Assembly: GCA_963977015.1 (NCBI GenBank)
Contig: CAXBMO010000018.1
Span: forward strand, 1 to 64,000
DNA: 64,000 nt
Direction of reading: 5' to 3'
Origin: an uncultured bacterium
Lineage (GTDB): Bacteria > Verrucomicrobiota > Verrucomicrobiia > Verrucomicrobiales > DEV007
This document shows, piece by piece, positions 40,715 through 49,118 of this stretch. Within the stretch, counting starts at the first letter, position 1. Each line of letters opens with the position of its first letter. The notes under the pieces were generated by a model. That model did no database searches. It was not told the DNA's origin and worked only from the letters and a program-made list of their open reading frames with translations. The translations under genes and the position numbers were made by a program.

Positions 40715-41972
40715 CCCCGCGCGCCCCGGGCTGGCTTGTTCCGGCTGTTCAGGCCAACGCAACCGAATCACCCGACGATCCTGGCGGGCAAATCCCAACG
40801 GGATTTCGCATGAACAGCCCAGTGTTGCCGAAGGCTACGCTGGGATTACCGAGCCAGCACGAATCCAATCCTGAAGGGATTGCGGAAGGCTTCGGGCGTC
40901 CCTTCCGGGACGCATCCTGGCACCGTCTCTGATCCGGTGGTTGCGCTGCGCTTCACCGACCGGCTAGGTTCGGGATGAGCCTCCGGCTCTCTGCTTGACC
41001 CATCCGGCGAAGACGATGGATGGGAAAAGGACATGGTTGTCTCACGCTTTCAGCGCTCGCGAATGCGGGCATCTTGCCCCGGGGCTTTGCTCGCGTGGGC
41101 TCGCGCACCCCAGGCTGGCAGGTTCTGGCTTTCGGCCAGCTCTAGCCAGAGAACGAAACACCCAGCAGGAAGCCGGAAAAGAAATCGAAAACGTTGGCGA
41201 GGCCTGAAAGGCCGAAACACGCCAGCCCGGGGCACCGCCCCGGGTCAAAGATCCGCAAGAATCGAGCGCTGAAAGTGCAATACAATCGCTCTATGTCTCA
41301 CGCTTTCAGGGCTCGCTCGCGACTGCGGGCATCTTGACCCGGGGCTTTGCTCGCGTGGGCTCGCGCACCCCAGGCAGGCAGGTTCTGGCTTTCGGCCAGC
41401 TCTAGCCAGAGGGCGAAACACCCAGCAGGAAGCCGGAAAAGAAATCGAAAACGTTGGCGAGGCCTGAAAGGCCGAAACATGCCAGCCCGGGGCACCGCCG
41501 GGTCAAAGATCCGCAAGATTCGAGCGCTGAAAGTGCGAGACAATCGCTCTATGTCTCACGCTTTCAGCGCTCGCAACCACGGCCATCACCACCCGGGCTT
41601 TGCTCGCGTGGGCTCGCGCACCCCGGGCTGGCCTGTGATGACCTACAGGCCAACTCTCTGACTCGTGCTGTGAAGCGGACAGGATTGTCCGCACTCCTTG
41701 GCTGGCTCACTCCATCGCACCCCATCAGGCCACTGCGACCAAATCACCCGACGATCCTGGCGGGCAAAATCCCAACGGGATTTCGTACGAACAGCCCAGT
41801 GTTGCCGAAGGCTACGCTGGGTTTACCCGGGCAGCACGAATCCAATCCTGAAAGGATTGCGGAAAGCTTCGGGCATCCCTGCCGGGACGCATCCTGTCAC
41901 CGCGACTTTTCCGGTGGTTGCGCTGCGCTTCACCGACCGGCTAGGTTCGGGATGAGCCTCCGGCTCTCTGCT
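40715..41972. repeat. Nested REP/REPIN-like palindromic repeat cluster (A-B-B-B'-A)
   Basis: About 230 bp repeat A at 40766-40995 and 41742-41972; about 257 bp repeat B starting at 41038, 41294 and 41552 (partial); many GAAA-loop hairpins. Confidence 0.9.
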
Positions 41973-42024
41973 CGTTCCTTCCGTCTGCGGGGAAGCAGCC
42001 CAACCCTCGATCGGGGTTGCCAAT

Positions 42025-42717
42025 TTACGGCAACTCCGGAAGATCGCCTTTCACAGCGTCAATTTGAGCGCGGGGAGCCATTGCCTGCCCCTGGTATTTT
42101 TCGCGAGCCCAGGCAATTTGGGCTGGAGTAACTGCTCCCGACGAATTCCCGAAATTCATGCGGATGTAGGTAATAACGGCAGCAATCTGCTCATCGCTCA
42201 TGCTGGCGCCCCAGCCAACCATCGCGCCCGTGTGACGGGTCATATCGGGCACAACCCCATTCAAGACCAGGTAAGCAATGCGCTCCGTCGGCCCGTTGAC
42301 AAATTCAGAGCCGGCCAGAACCGGCGCCATGGGAGGAGTCATCACCATTGGCGGTCCTTTTCCTTCCGGGCCGTGACAAGCGACACAGTTCGCGAAAGTC
42401 GCGCGTCCAAGCGCTGCAAACTCTGCAGAAACTCCGCCTCCCGTGCTTGCGGCTTCAGAAGGTGCTGGCTTGGGCGCCGCTGGCTCGTCGGTCCCACTTG
42501 AAGCAGGCTTGGGTGCTGGCGTTGCCGCGGCAGTCACCGTTGCGGGAGCCGCTGCAGCTGCCGGTTCCTCAACCAGTTGCGCGTTGACGAACATGGCGTT
42601 GAGCAACCTTACGCCAAAAATGCCAAGCATGACGAAAAGGGCCAGCGCAGTGATTCCGCTTCCTGCGAGACCAAGCTTTCCAGCAAACGAGTTGGATGAA
42701 TGGGAGTCCTGAGACAT
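42025..42717 (-). CDS. Membrane-anchored mono-heme cytochrome c
   Basis: TM helix, Ala/Pro linker, 'CVACH', 'GAMVGW...SDEQIAAVITYIR..FGN'. Confidence 0.88.
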   Translation of the reverse strand: MSQDSHSSNSFAGKLGLAGSGITALALFVMLGIFGVRLLNAMFVNAQLVEEPAAAAAPATVTAAATPAPKPASSGTDEPAAPKPAPSEAASTGGGVSAEFAALGRATFANCVACHGPEGKGPPMVMTPPMAPVLAGSEFVNGPTERIAYLVLNGVVPDMTRHTGAMVGWGASMSDEQIAAVITYIRMNFGNSSGAVTPAQIAWAREKYQGQAMAPRAQIDAVKGDLPELP

Positions 42718-42951
42718 GATTTCAAACAAGTTACGCTCCCTGAAGGAGCACGGGCGCAATACTGTCATCACCCACCTGTTTTTCAATCGAAATTCTGTCC
42801 GGGTGCCTTCGCTGCCGATTCAGCTCGCCCCTTCCGGGCCCAAACGGTGCATCTCCGCTGCTCAATTGGGAGCGAATGAAATCCGGCAAAATCCCGATCC
42901 AACAAACTGTCAGCTTGTCAATTCCCTCCAGTCCCTCCAAACTATCGTGTC

Positions 42952-43431
42952 ATGGAATCGCACGAGGTTATTAAAGAAGCTCTCAGCAAAACGAGCCCCA
43001 AAGCGGTGGCTTCCGATTTGGGAGTCTCACTTTCCTTGGTTTACAAATGGGCGCAGCCGAATACGGAACTCGGTTCAGGAAGCCGAAATCCCCTCGACCG
43101 AATCCATGAGCTGATGAAGCTGACGGGGGAGGAGAAAATCATCCACTGGCTCTGCAAACAGGCCGGAGGTCACTATGTCCGCAATCCGGACGACCAGATC
43201 AACGACTACGAATATGCGCCGGCAACGAACGAAATTGTTCACCAATTTGCCGAACTGCTTCAGGTCATCACCCGCGCAGCGGCAGACAACACCATCACCC
43301 CGGACGAGTCGGATCGCATTCGTCAGGTTTGGGATGAACTGAAAATGATCACTGAAGGCTTTGTCAAAGCCTGCGAGGAACGACGGTTCGAAAGAATCCC
43401 GACCCCCGGCGGTCACCATCACCACGGATAG
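42952..43431 (+). CDS. Phage regulatory CII-like HTH protein
   Basis: N-terminal HTH 'PKAVASDLGVSLSLVYKW', 'NPLDRI', 'ADNTITPDE'; C-terminal HHHH. Confidence 0.6.
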   Translation: MESHEVIKEALSKTSPKAVASDLGVSLSLVYKWAQPNTELGSGSRNPLDRIHELMKLTGEEKIIHWLCKQAGGHYVRNPDDQINDYEYAPATNEIVHQFAELLQVITRAAADNTITPDESDRIRQVWDELKMITEGFVKACEERRFERIPTPGGHHHHG

Positions 43432-43488
43432 TGGTTCGGATGGGCCAGGCGGGAATGTCGTGCCTTCGACGTCTGCGGGGGAACTTCA

Positions 43489-43632
43489 GAGGGCACAGAC
43501 GGCATGTTTGCGATCGCCCAGGTCAATCCCCAAGGTCGCTTTCCGATAGATGGTAGGTCGTGTCGTTTTCATCAGCAGAGAGTCTATCAACCTCGTCCAG
43601 CGACGTGGCGCTCTGCCTTCTCATCTAATCTT
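43489..43632 (-). mobile_element. Truncated left end of the IS110/IS1111-type element (IR plus the first ~28 transposase codons)
   Basis: Identical except for one base to 48983-49126; joined to GGCTAAC-AAG at the end of cassette 3. Confidence 0.92.
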
Positions 43633-43633
43633 G

Positions 43634-44101
43634 TTAGCCTTTTAGTCTTCCGCGCCACCGGTTGTCGAGCTCTTGCCGGAATGCGGGAGGATCTCGATGG
43701 CTCAGCCACCATACTACGGTTTCATAGCGCTTCTTCAATTCATCGGGTAGATCTTCACAAAGTCTGTTCTTCGCTGCGTTTTGGGTCGCTTCAATTCCTT
43801 CGACTTCCGCCAGATACCATGGAAGCTCCTCCACGCTCACATCCCACTTCGGGATCAGGCGCCCAAGGTCACTGCCGATGTCGCCATCATAAGGTGGCTT
43901 GAGGAGCCAGAGAATCCCTCCCGCTACTTCCTGAGCAGCGAATCGATTCGTGTGATCGTCTTCGAAGACGCTCAGCATCGCATCCCGCAAGGCATCACTA
44001 TCGCAATTGCGCAGTCGGCGAACGAGATGCTGAATCGCTTGCCATCCATTCGGCCGATCTAGGGACGCGTATAACTCAGCTTTGATTTCGTCCGCGTCCA
44101 T
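43634..44101 (-). CDS. Integron cassette ORF 3, hypothetical protein (155 aa)
   Basis: Begins right after (GTT)AGCC; its stop lies inside the complementary inverse core GGCTAAC. Confidence 0.8.
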   Translation of the reverse strand: MDADEIKAELYASLDRPNGWQAIQHLVRRLRNCDSDALRDAMLSVFEDDHTNRFAAQEVAGGILWLLKPPYDGDIGSDLGRLIPKWDVSVEELPWYLAEVEGIEATQNAAKNRLCEDLPDELKKRYETVVWWLSHRDPPAFRQELDNRWRGRLKG

Positions 44102-44112
44102 TTTCTGAGGCT

Positions 44113-44421
44113 ATCAAGGTAGGGACACCGGTTGCCCGGCGCCCCCCTCACAGATCCCGGTGTGCGGATTTCCCGCACCGGGCTCCTCGGAGAATCGCGC
44201 ACGTTCACGCTTGGTTCTGAAGTCCTGTTGGCTCCCCATCGGATGATAAGATGGCAGGATTGCGCTCATAAGGCAAGGCGGGGTTGATAGGCGGGGTCGA
44301 TTTCTTCCACCACCCTCGCGGGCGGCAGTCGCCACACCGTGGTCCACCGGGCTAGCAGCTTTTCCCAGGTAAAGCTCTTGCGCTGGCTGCACCGATTGAG
44401 CCATTTGAAGATCAATCCCTT
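44113..44421 (-). mobile_element. 3' remnant of a group II intron (IEP C-terminus + domains V/VI)
   Basis: 'KWLNRCSQRKSFTWEKL' maturase tail (stop at 44266); DV GAGCCCGGTGCGGGAAATCCGCACACCGGGATC; DVI ending CCTACCTTGAT. Confidence 0.88.
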
Positions 44422-44877
44422 GACCTCCAGCACGTCGGCCGGGGGAAGAGCGCGATCCGTTACCTCGCCGCCTACGCCACCCGCAGCGCGTTTTCCGCCC
44501 AACGCCTGCTGGGCTACGACCAGAGCGGCAACCGCCTGCTCCTACGCTGGATCTCCAGCGAAACGGGCAAAGTCGGCACCCTGCACCTGGCTCCGCACGA
44601 ACTCATCCGGCGCTGGCTCCTGCACGTTCTCCCCAAAGGGTTCACCCGGATCCGGCACTACGGCTTCCTCAGCAGCGCCGCGCGCAAGAAGCGGCTCAAG
44701 ATTCGGCTCCTGCTCGGAGAACTGCGGCCCGAACCGGAACCCGTCCTTCCCGAGCACGAGGTGCCGAACTGTCCACACTGCGGCGGCACGCTGATCCACT
44801 GGTTCGACTTGCCTCGGATTTATCCGGTGCGAGGACCACCGCCATCAACATCACCATCCTTCGCCGCATCATCATGA
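44422..44877 (+). pseudogene. IS91-family (Y2 HUH) transposase C-terminal fragment
   Basis: My translation of a frame not in the ORF track: 'AIRYLAAYATRSA...ELIRRWLLHVLPKGFTRIRHYGFL...CPHCG'; 5' part missing. Confidence 0.85.
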
Positions 44878-45174
44878 CAATCGGCGCCTACCCACAAAGC
44901 CAAGTCATCCTAACACCTGCCAAATCGGGATGTCTTGGGAACGTGCGGACTCGTCCCGCGAAAAACCCGCAACTCGTCATCGCTCCTGCCTCCGCTGGGG
45001 GCTCGGACGCCACCAAGGCGCTGCCTTTCGCGTTGCTGGTGACGAATCGGCGGAGCGATTCGTCACGCAGGCCTGTGCGCGTCACTTTGCAGGATCGCCC
45101 CAGTGTCGCGTGGTCCGTAAGTCGCTCACCCTCAGCCTGAAATCGAAACCGCAAAGGAGGCATGAGGGCCCGTT

Positions 45175-47072
45175 ATCGGGTAGGAGGAGGGGTTGCCCCC
45201 TCCGTCCTCCCACACCACCGGGCATACGGTTCCGTACCACGGCGGTTCACGAAGTGGACGCATAGAAGCGAACCGAATCCAACAATCTAACAAGTCCACG
45301 TAAATCAAAGAACTTTCGGGGCATCGCCTTATTCAGATGCGAGGCTCCGGCATTCCACCACGGGCCCCGACCATTGTAGGCAGAGGCTGAAGCGCGCGCT
45401 TCATCAACCCCCAAGCCCATCAGCTTGCGCCGACGGGTTTTGGGCTTCTTCCACTGTCGCCAGAGTACACCTCGCAGCCTGCGCCGCAGCCATCGGTCCA
45501 GTTCCTCCAATACGCCCTTCACCTCGGCGTGCCGAAAGTAGGAGGCCCAGCCACGCAGCAGCGGGTTGAGATCCTCCACAATGAACCGCTCCAAATTCCG
45601 GCCGCGTCCGTGCCGAAGCAGGGCTTTGACCTTCTGGCGCAAGCGCCGCAGCGATTCGTTCGACACCTTGAGTCGTGCTTGATAGTGCATCGTTAGGCTG
45701 TAGCCAAGGAACGAACGGTTCCAAGGCCGGTCTACCGCGCTCTTTTCGGCGTTGACCTTCAACTTCAGATGTTTTCCCAGCCAGATGGTCAGGTTTTCGA
45801 GCACGCGTTCGCCTGCTGTCCGGGATGAAACGTAAATGTTCACATCATCGGCGTAGCGGCAGAAGCGATGCCCGCGTTTCTCCAGATCTTTGTCCAACTC
45901 GTCGAGTAGGATATTGCTGAGCAGCGGCGAGAGCGGGCCGCCTTGTGGCGTTCCCTGACGGCGCGGCCGCACGAGGCCGCCGTCCATCATACCCGCTTGC
46001 AGGTAGCGGCGGATCAGTCGCAAGACCCGTTTGTCCTTCACTTTACGCATCACACGGGCCATGAGCACGTCGTGGTTGACGTTGTCGAAGAACTTTTCCA
46101 GGTCCATATCGACGACCCAGCGCCGCCCGCCTCGCACGTGCTCGCGCATGGCTTTCACCGCCTGATGGGCGCTGCGCCCGGGCCGAAAGCCATAGCTGGA
46201 GTCACTGAACGTGGGATCGAAGATCGGGCCCAACACTTGCGCAGTCGCCTGTTGAATCAGACGGTCGAGCACCGTGGGTATGCCCAGAGTTCGTTCCCCC
46301 TTTCCTCCCGGTTTGGGGATTTGCACCTTACGTACTGCGTTTGGCCGGTATGTTCCGGCCAGCAGTTGTTCTTTGATTTCGGGCCAATGGATTTTGAGGA
46401 AGGGGCGCATTTGCTCCCAGCTCATGCCATCGGCCCCGGCGGCCCCTTTGTTGCGTTCTACCGCGTGGAGGGCACGCCACATGTTCTCACGATCGACGAT
46501 TGCCGCCATCAGGTCGGCTTCTTTGGATGGGTTTCCATCTGGGTTGGCCGGAACGCTCGTTGACGCCCCACATTCCAACAGCCCTGGCGGATTCTGTCCG
46601 TTACCTCTGCCGGGTGGGTCAGGCATCTCAGCCTTCTGTTCTGCATCTGCTTCGTTCATCGACAACTTGGTTGGTTAACCATCACACTTCATGTTCGGGC
46701 CTTCAGCCGGGTCGATCTCCGGCCTACTATGCCCTCTGCTGACTTCTGGCGCGTCATCCCAGCACCTCTCAATGCTGGTAGCACATGGCAACACGCCAGA
46801 TCTCCCCGGGTAATGCGCATTCACCTCCGCACTTATCCCCGCCACATATACATCAACACCTTCTGTGCAAGTATGGGACTTCGAATGTGTTGGCCTTCTC
46901 ATCCGGTATTGATGCCTCATATGTGATTTCTGTTCGTCGGGGTAGTGTTTTGCCTACGGCTTCCTTCAGACTCCACCTCACGGTGGACGCCCTTGCCGCT
47001 CAGCTAGCGGTTCCCCTTGCCGGGTCCGCGGAGGACTTGAACCTCCAAGTGAATGCGCCCTGCCGGGCGCAC
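45175..47072 (-). mobile_element. Group IIC intron, apparently full length (1898 nt)
   Basis: 5' GTGCGCCCGGCAGGGCGCA; short DV GAACCGCCGTGGTACGGAACCGTATGCCCGGTGGTG with CGC triad; 3' CCTACCCGAT; inserted just after a hairpin. Confidence 0.93.
45247..46665 (-). CDS. ltrA: Group II intron reverse transcriptase/maturase (no endonuclease domain)
   Basis: 'RTLGIPTVLDRLIQQA', 'SYGFRPGRSAH', 'DLEKFFD', 'GTPQGGPLSPLL', 'RYADD', 'LRGWASYF'. Confidence 0.95.
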   Translation of the reverse strand: MSMNEADAEQKAEMPDPPGRGNGQNPPGLLECGASTSVPANPDGNPSKEADLMAAIVDRENMWRALHAVERNKGAAGADGMSWEQMRPFLKIHWPEIKEQLLAGTYRPNAVRKVQIPKPGGKGERTLGIPTVLDRLIQQATAQVLGPIFDPTFSDSSYGFRPGRSAHQAVKAMREHVRGGRRWVVDMDLEKFFDNVNHDVLMARVMRKVKDKRVLRLIRRYLQAGMMDGGLVRPRRQGTPQGGPLSPLLSNILLDELDKDLEKRGHRFCRYADDVNIYVSSRTAGERVLENLTIWLGKHLKLKVNAEKSAVDRPWNRSFLGYSLTMHYQARLKVSNESLRRLRQKVKALLRHGRGRNLERFIVEDLNPLLRGWASYFRHAEVKGVLEELDRWLRRRLRGVLWRQWKKPKTRRRKLMGLGVDEARASASAYNGRGPWWNAGASHLNKAMPRKFFDLRGLVRLLDSVRFYASTS

Positions 47073-47127
47073 CAACAACCGATAGCTCTTGGGCTAAGCC
47101 CGGAAGCTATCTTTGGGGTTGTTCGGC
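47073..47127 (+). other. attC-like terminal hairpin of the IS91-like remnant, joined to the inverse core of cassette 2
   Basis: With the intron removed: GTTCAAC-AACCGATAGCTCTTGGGCTAAGCCCGGAAGCTATCTTTGGGGTT-GTTCGGC (RYYYAAC ... GTT, internal stem GATAGCT/AGCTATC). Confidence 0.6.
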
Positions 47128-47134
47128 TTGGTCT

Positions 47135-47527
47135 TCATTTGGGTGCGCGGTCCGGTTCGGGGTATCGCTGGGGAACCTGTGGATCATAGAAGCCACAGCC
47201 CAAGCTGTGTGCAACGTCTATAATCCTGTTCAGAACCTCGGAATGGTCGAGCAGCTTGTATCCGCAGGTAATAACAATCAAATGCACACTGTGCTTGTCG
47301 GCATGACAGAAGTTGACCTCGAATCCAGAATCAAATCCCCGCCAAATCAACTGGCCGTGATCTAATTCGATCTCTGGGAACGCCTTCTCGAAGCGGTCAA
47401 TCACATCCTCGCGGGGGAACGCATCAACTTCGGGATTCGGACGCTCCTGTGAGAGGGTATCCACTCTCATACCTGCATCGCCAACAAAAGGCTTCTTCTC
47501 GCGCCAAAAATAGAGGTCGTAGCTCAT
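47135..47527 (-). CDS. Integron cassette ORF 2, hypothetical protein (130 aa)
   Basis: Preceded by core GTTCGGC (47545-47539), 11 nt before the ATG; followed by the complementary GCCGAAC (47127-47121). Confidence 0.82.
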   Translation of the reverse strand: MSYDLYFWREKKPFVGDAGMRVDTLSQERPNPEVDAFPREDVIDRFEKAFPEIELDHGQLIWRGFDSGFEVNFCHADKHSVHLIVITCGYKLLDHSEVLNRIIDVAHSLGCGFYDPQVPQRYPEPDRAPK

Positions 47528-47538
47528 CTGATTTTTCT

Positions 47539-47658
47539 GCCGAACGTCCGAGGTGTGGCAGCGGCTACTGAGAGCGCCACCTCGAAACAGGGTTGAGTGT
47601 TGAAGTAAAGAGGGTCATGCCGACTCGGGGCGTGTAGCCGCTTGTCCACCACCGCCTT
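47539..47658 (-). other. attC site of cassette 1 (distal part; its R'' GCAGAAC lies at 49133-49127, on the other side of the IS)
   Basis: Reconstructed GCAGAAC-AAGGCGGTGGTGGACAAGCGGCTAC...GTAGCCGCTGCCACACCTCGGAC-GTTCGGC, an imperfect palindrome of about 127 bp. Confidence 0.85.
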
Positions 47659-47670
47659 CCATGAGAAGGC

Positions 47671-47998
47671 CATCAAGTAGTAACATCAAAATTTCAATTT
47701 TGCTAGGGTTTGTTGTTGGGCTGGGTGGTGGTGGTTTCAGGGATGAAGGTTGAATCGCGCTTCCATTCGCACTCGTTTGGTAGAGCCACTGTTCGCTGGG
47801 CTTCGGTGCATGTTTGGATCCGGTTCATCTCTGTTCTATCACAAAGAAAAGGACGCTGCTATCTTGTTCCCGCATTCCTAACTCATAAGGTTTGATGCTG
47901 ACGCATGGACCGCAGTCGCCCCAAAGGTTGGTTGCTGGCGTTAGCTTCGCAGTCGTCCAGGAAAGGCGTTCTTGGCTTTTGAAAATTCATGTCGGTTT
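47671..47998 (-). ncRNA. Candidate bridge/seek RNA region of the IS1111 element
   Basis: Non-coding region downstream of tnp with TGCG-GGAACAAG (target match, 47874-47863) and TGCG-AATGGAAG (donor match, 47771-47760); RNA boundaries unknown. Confidence 0.7.
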
Positions 47999-49066
47999 TC
48001 AGGCGCTGGCTAACTTCATCGGCTCATACGCGGTATCGTTCTTCCAAATTGTCATCATCACCACCGCCAACTTCCGGGCGGTCGCGACCACGGCTTTCTT
48101 CTTCGCGCCACGACCGCCTCGTTGCGCTAGACGCAGGCCGCGGATTTGCAGATCGCACTCTTCGCCAAACGGTCCCAACAGATATTGGGCGCTACCGACG
48201 AGGAGGCGACGCAGATAAGCGTTCCCACATTTGCTAATCCGCAGGGACTTGTCGACCCCGCCGGATTGATCGCGCCGCGGCACCAAGCCGAGATAAGCTC
48301 CCCCATCGCGAGGGTGACGGAAACGTTGGGGATCGCCAATTGTGAGGATAAAGCAAAGCGCCGTGATCGGCCCAATCCCACGGATCTCGCGCAAGCGTTG
48401 GCTCTCCGGATAGCGTTCCTGACACAACCGCTCAATCTCGCGGTCCAGTTCCCGGATCTTTGCCGTCATCGTGTCGATCACTTGCAACGAGGGCTCGATC
48501 ATGGCTAACACCTCAGCCTCGTCCCCCTGCAGTAACATTTGAGCCCGACGGGCGAAGCAGGTCGTTTTGGGCGATGGCAGGCGAATTCCCAAACCTTTGA
48601 GTGTGAAGCGCACCGCTGAGATCACGTCCACGCGTTGGCGCACCAGATTGTCGCGCAGCTTGATCTGAAGAAGGTCGCGCTGGGCCTGCTCGCTACCGTG
48701 CACAATGGGATGCAACAGACTCGCATCCACCCGAGCCAGCTTCGCCAACATCCGCGCATCCAACTCATCGCTCTTGCGTTCGTTTTGGTAGATCGCACGC
48801 AGTTTACGTGAGTTCGCCACAATGACTTCGCATCCCAACTTGTCGAGTAGCCGACTGATCCACAGGCTATGACTTCCCACCTCCATAGCGATCCGTGCTT
48901 TGGGAAAGCGCTTCACCAACATCGCCAACCGTTCTCTGGTATTGGGGATCGTCATTTCCGCGACAATCTCGCCCTTCGCGTTGAGGGCACAGACGGCATG
49001 TTTGCGATCGCCCAGGTCAATCCCCAAGGTCGCTTTCCGATAGATGGTAGGTCGTGTCGTTTTCAT
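47999..49066 (-). CDS. IS110 family DEDD recombinase/transposase
   Basis: RuvC-like 'GIDLG', 'MEVG', 'KSDELDA'; 'IRGIGPITA'; 'YLGLVPRRDQSG' with catalytic Ser; 'VATARKLA'. Confidence 0.95.
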   Translation of the reverse strand: MKTTRPTIYRKATLGIDLGDRKHAVCALNAKGEIVAEMTIPNTRERLAMLVKRFPKARIAMEVGSHSLWISRLLDKLGCEVIVANSRKLRAIYQNERKSDELDARMLAKLARVDASLLHPIVHGSEQAQRDLLQIKLRDNLVRQRVDVISAVRFTLKGLGIRLPSPKTTCFARRAQMLLQGDEAEVLAMIEPSLQVIDTMTAKIRELDREIERLCQERYPESQRLREIRGIGPITALCFILTIGDPQRFRHPRDGGAYLGLVPRRDQSGGVDKSLRISKCGNAYLRRLLVGSAQYLLGPFGEECDLQIRGLRLAQRGGRGAKKKAVVATARKLAVVMMTIWKNDTAYEPMKLASA

Positions 49067-49118
49067 CAGCAGAGAGTCTATCAACCTCGTCCAGCGACGA
49101 GGCGCTCTGCCTTCTCAT

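Noticed and set aside
40715-41972. CRISPR array
   Set aside because: Units are 230-257 bp and nearly identical throughout, with no short repeat/unique spacer alternation and no cas genes.
40846-42131. Short ORFs within the repeat cluster
   Set aside because: Translations of palindromic repeats in several frames; no protein-like features.
42952-43431. Prophage indicated by the CII-like gene
   Set aside because: No structural, replication or integrase phage genes nearby.
45247-46665. Retron, DGR or defence-associated RT
   Set aside because: The RT has a maturase X domain and lies inside canonical group II intron boundaries (GTGCG...AT, DV/DVI); no TR/VR pair or msr-msd seen.
47661-47680. Strong circle-junction promoter of the IS1111 element
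   Set aside because: A TTGATG -35-like hexamer lies 17 nt from TAGATG across the reconstructed junction, but the -10 match is too weak to call.
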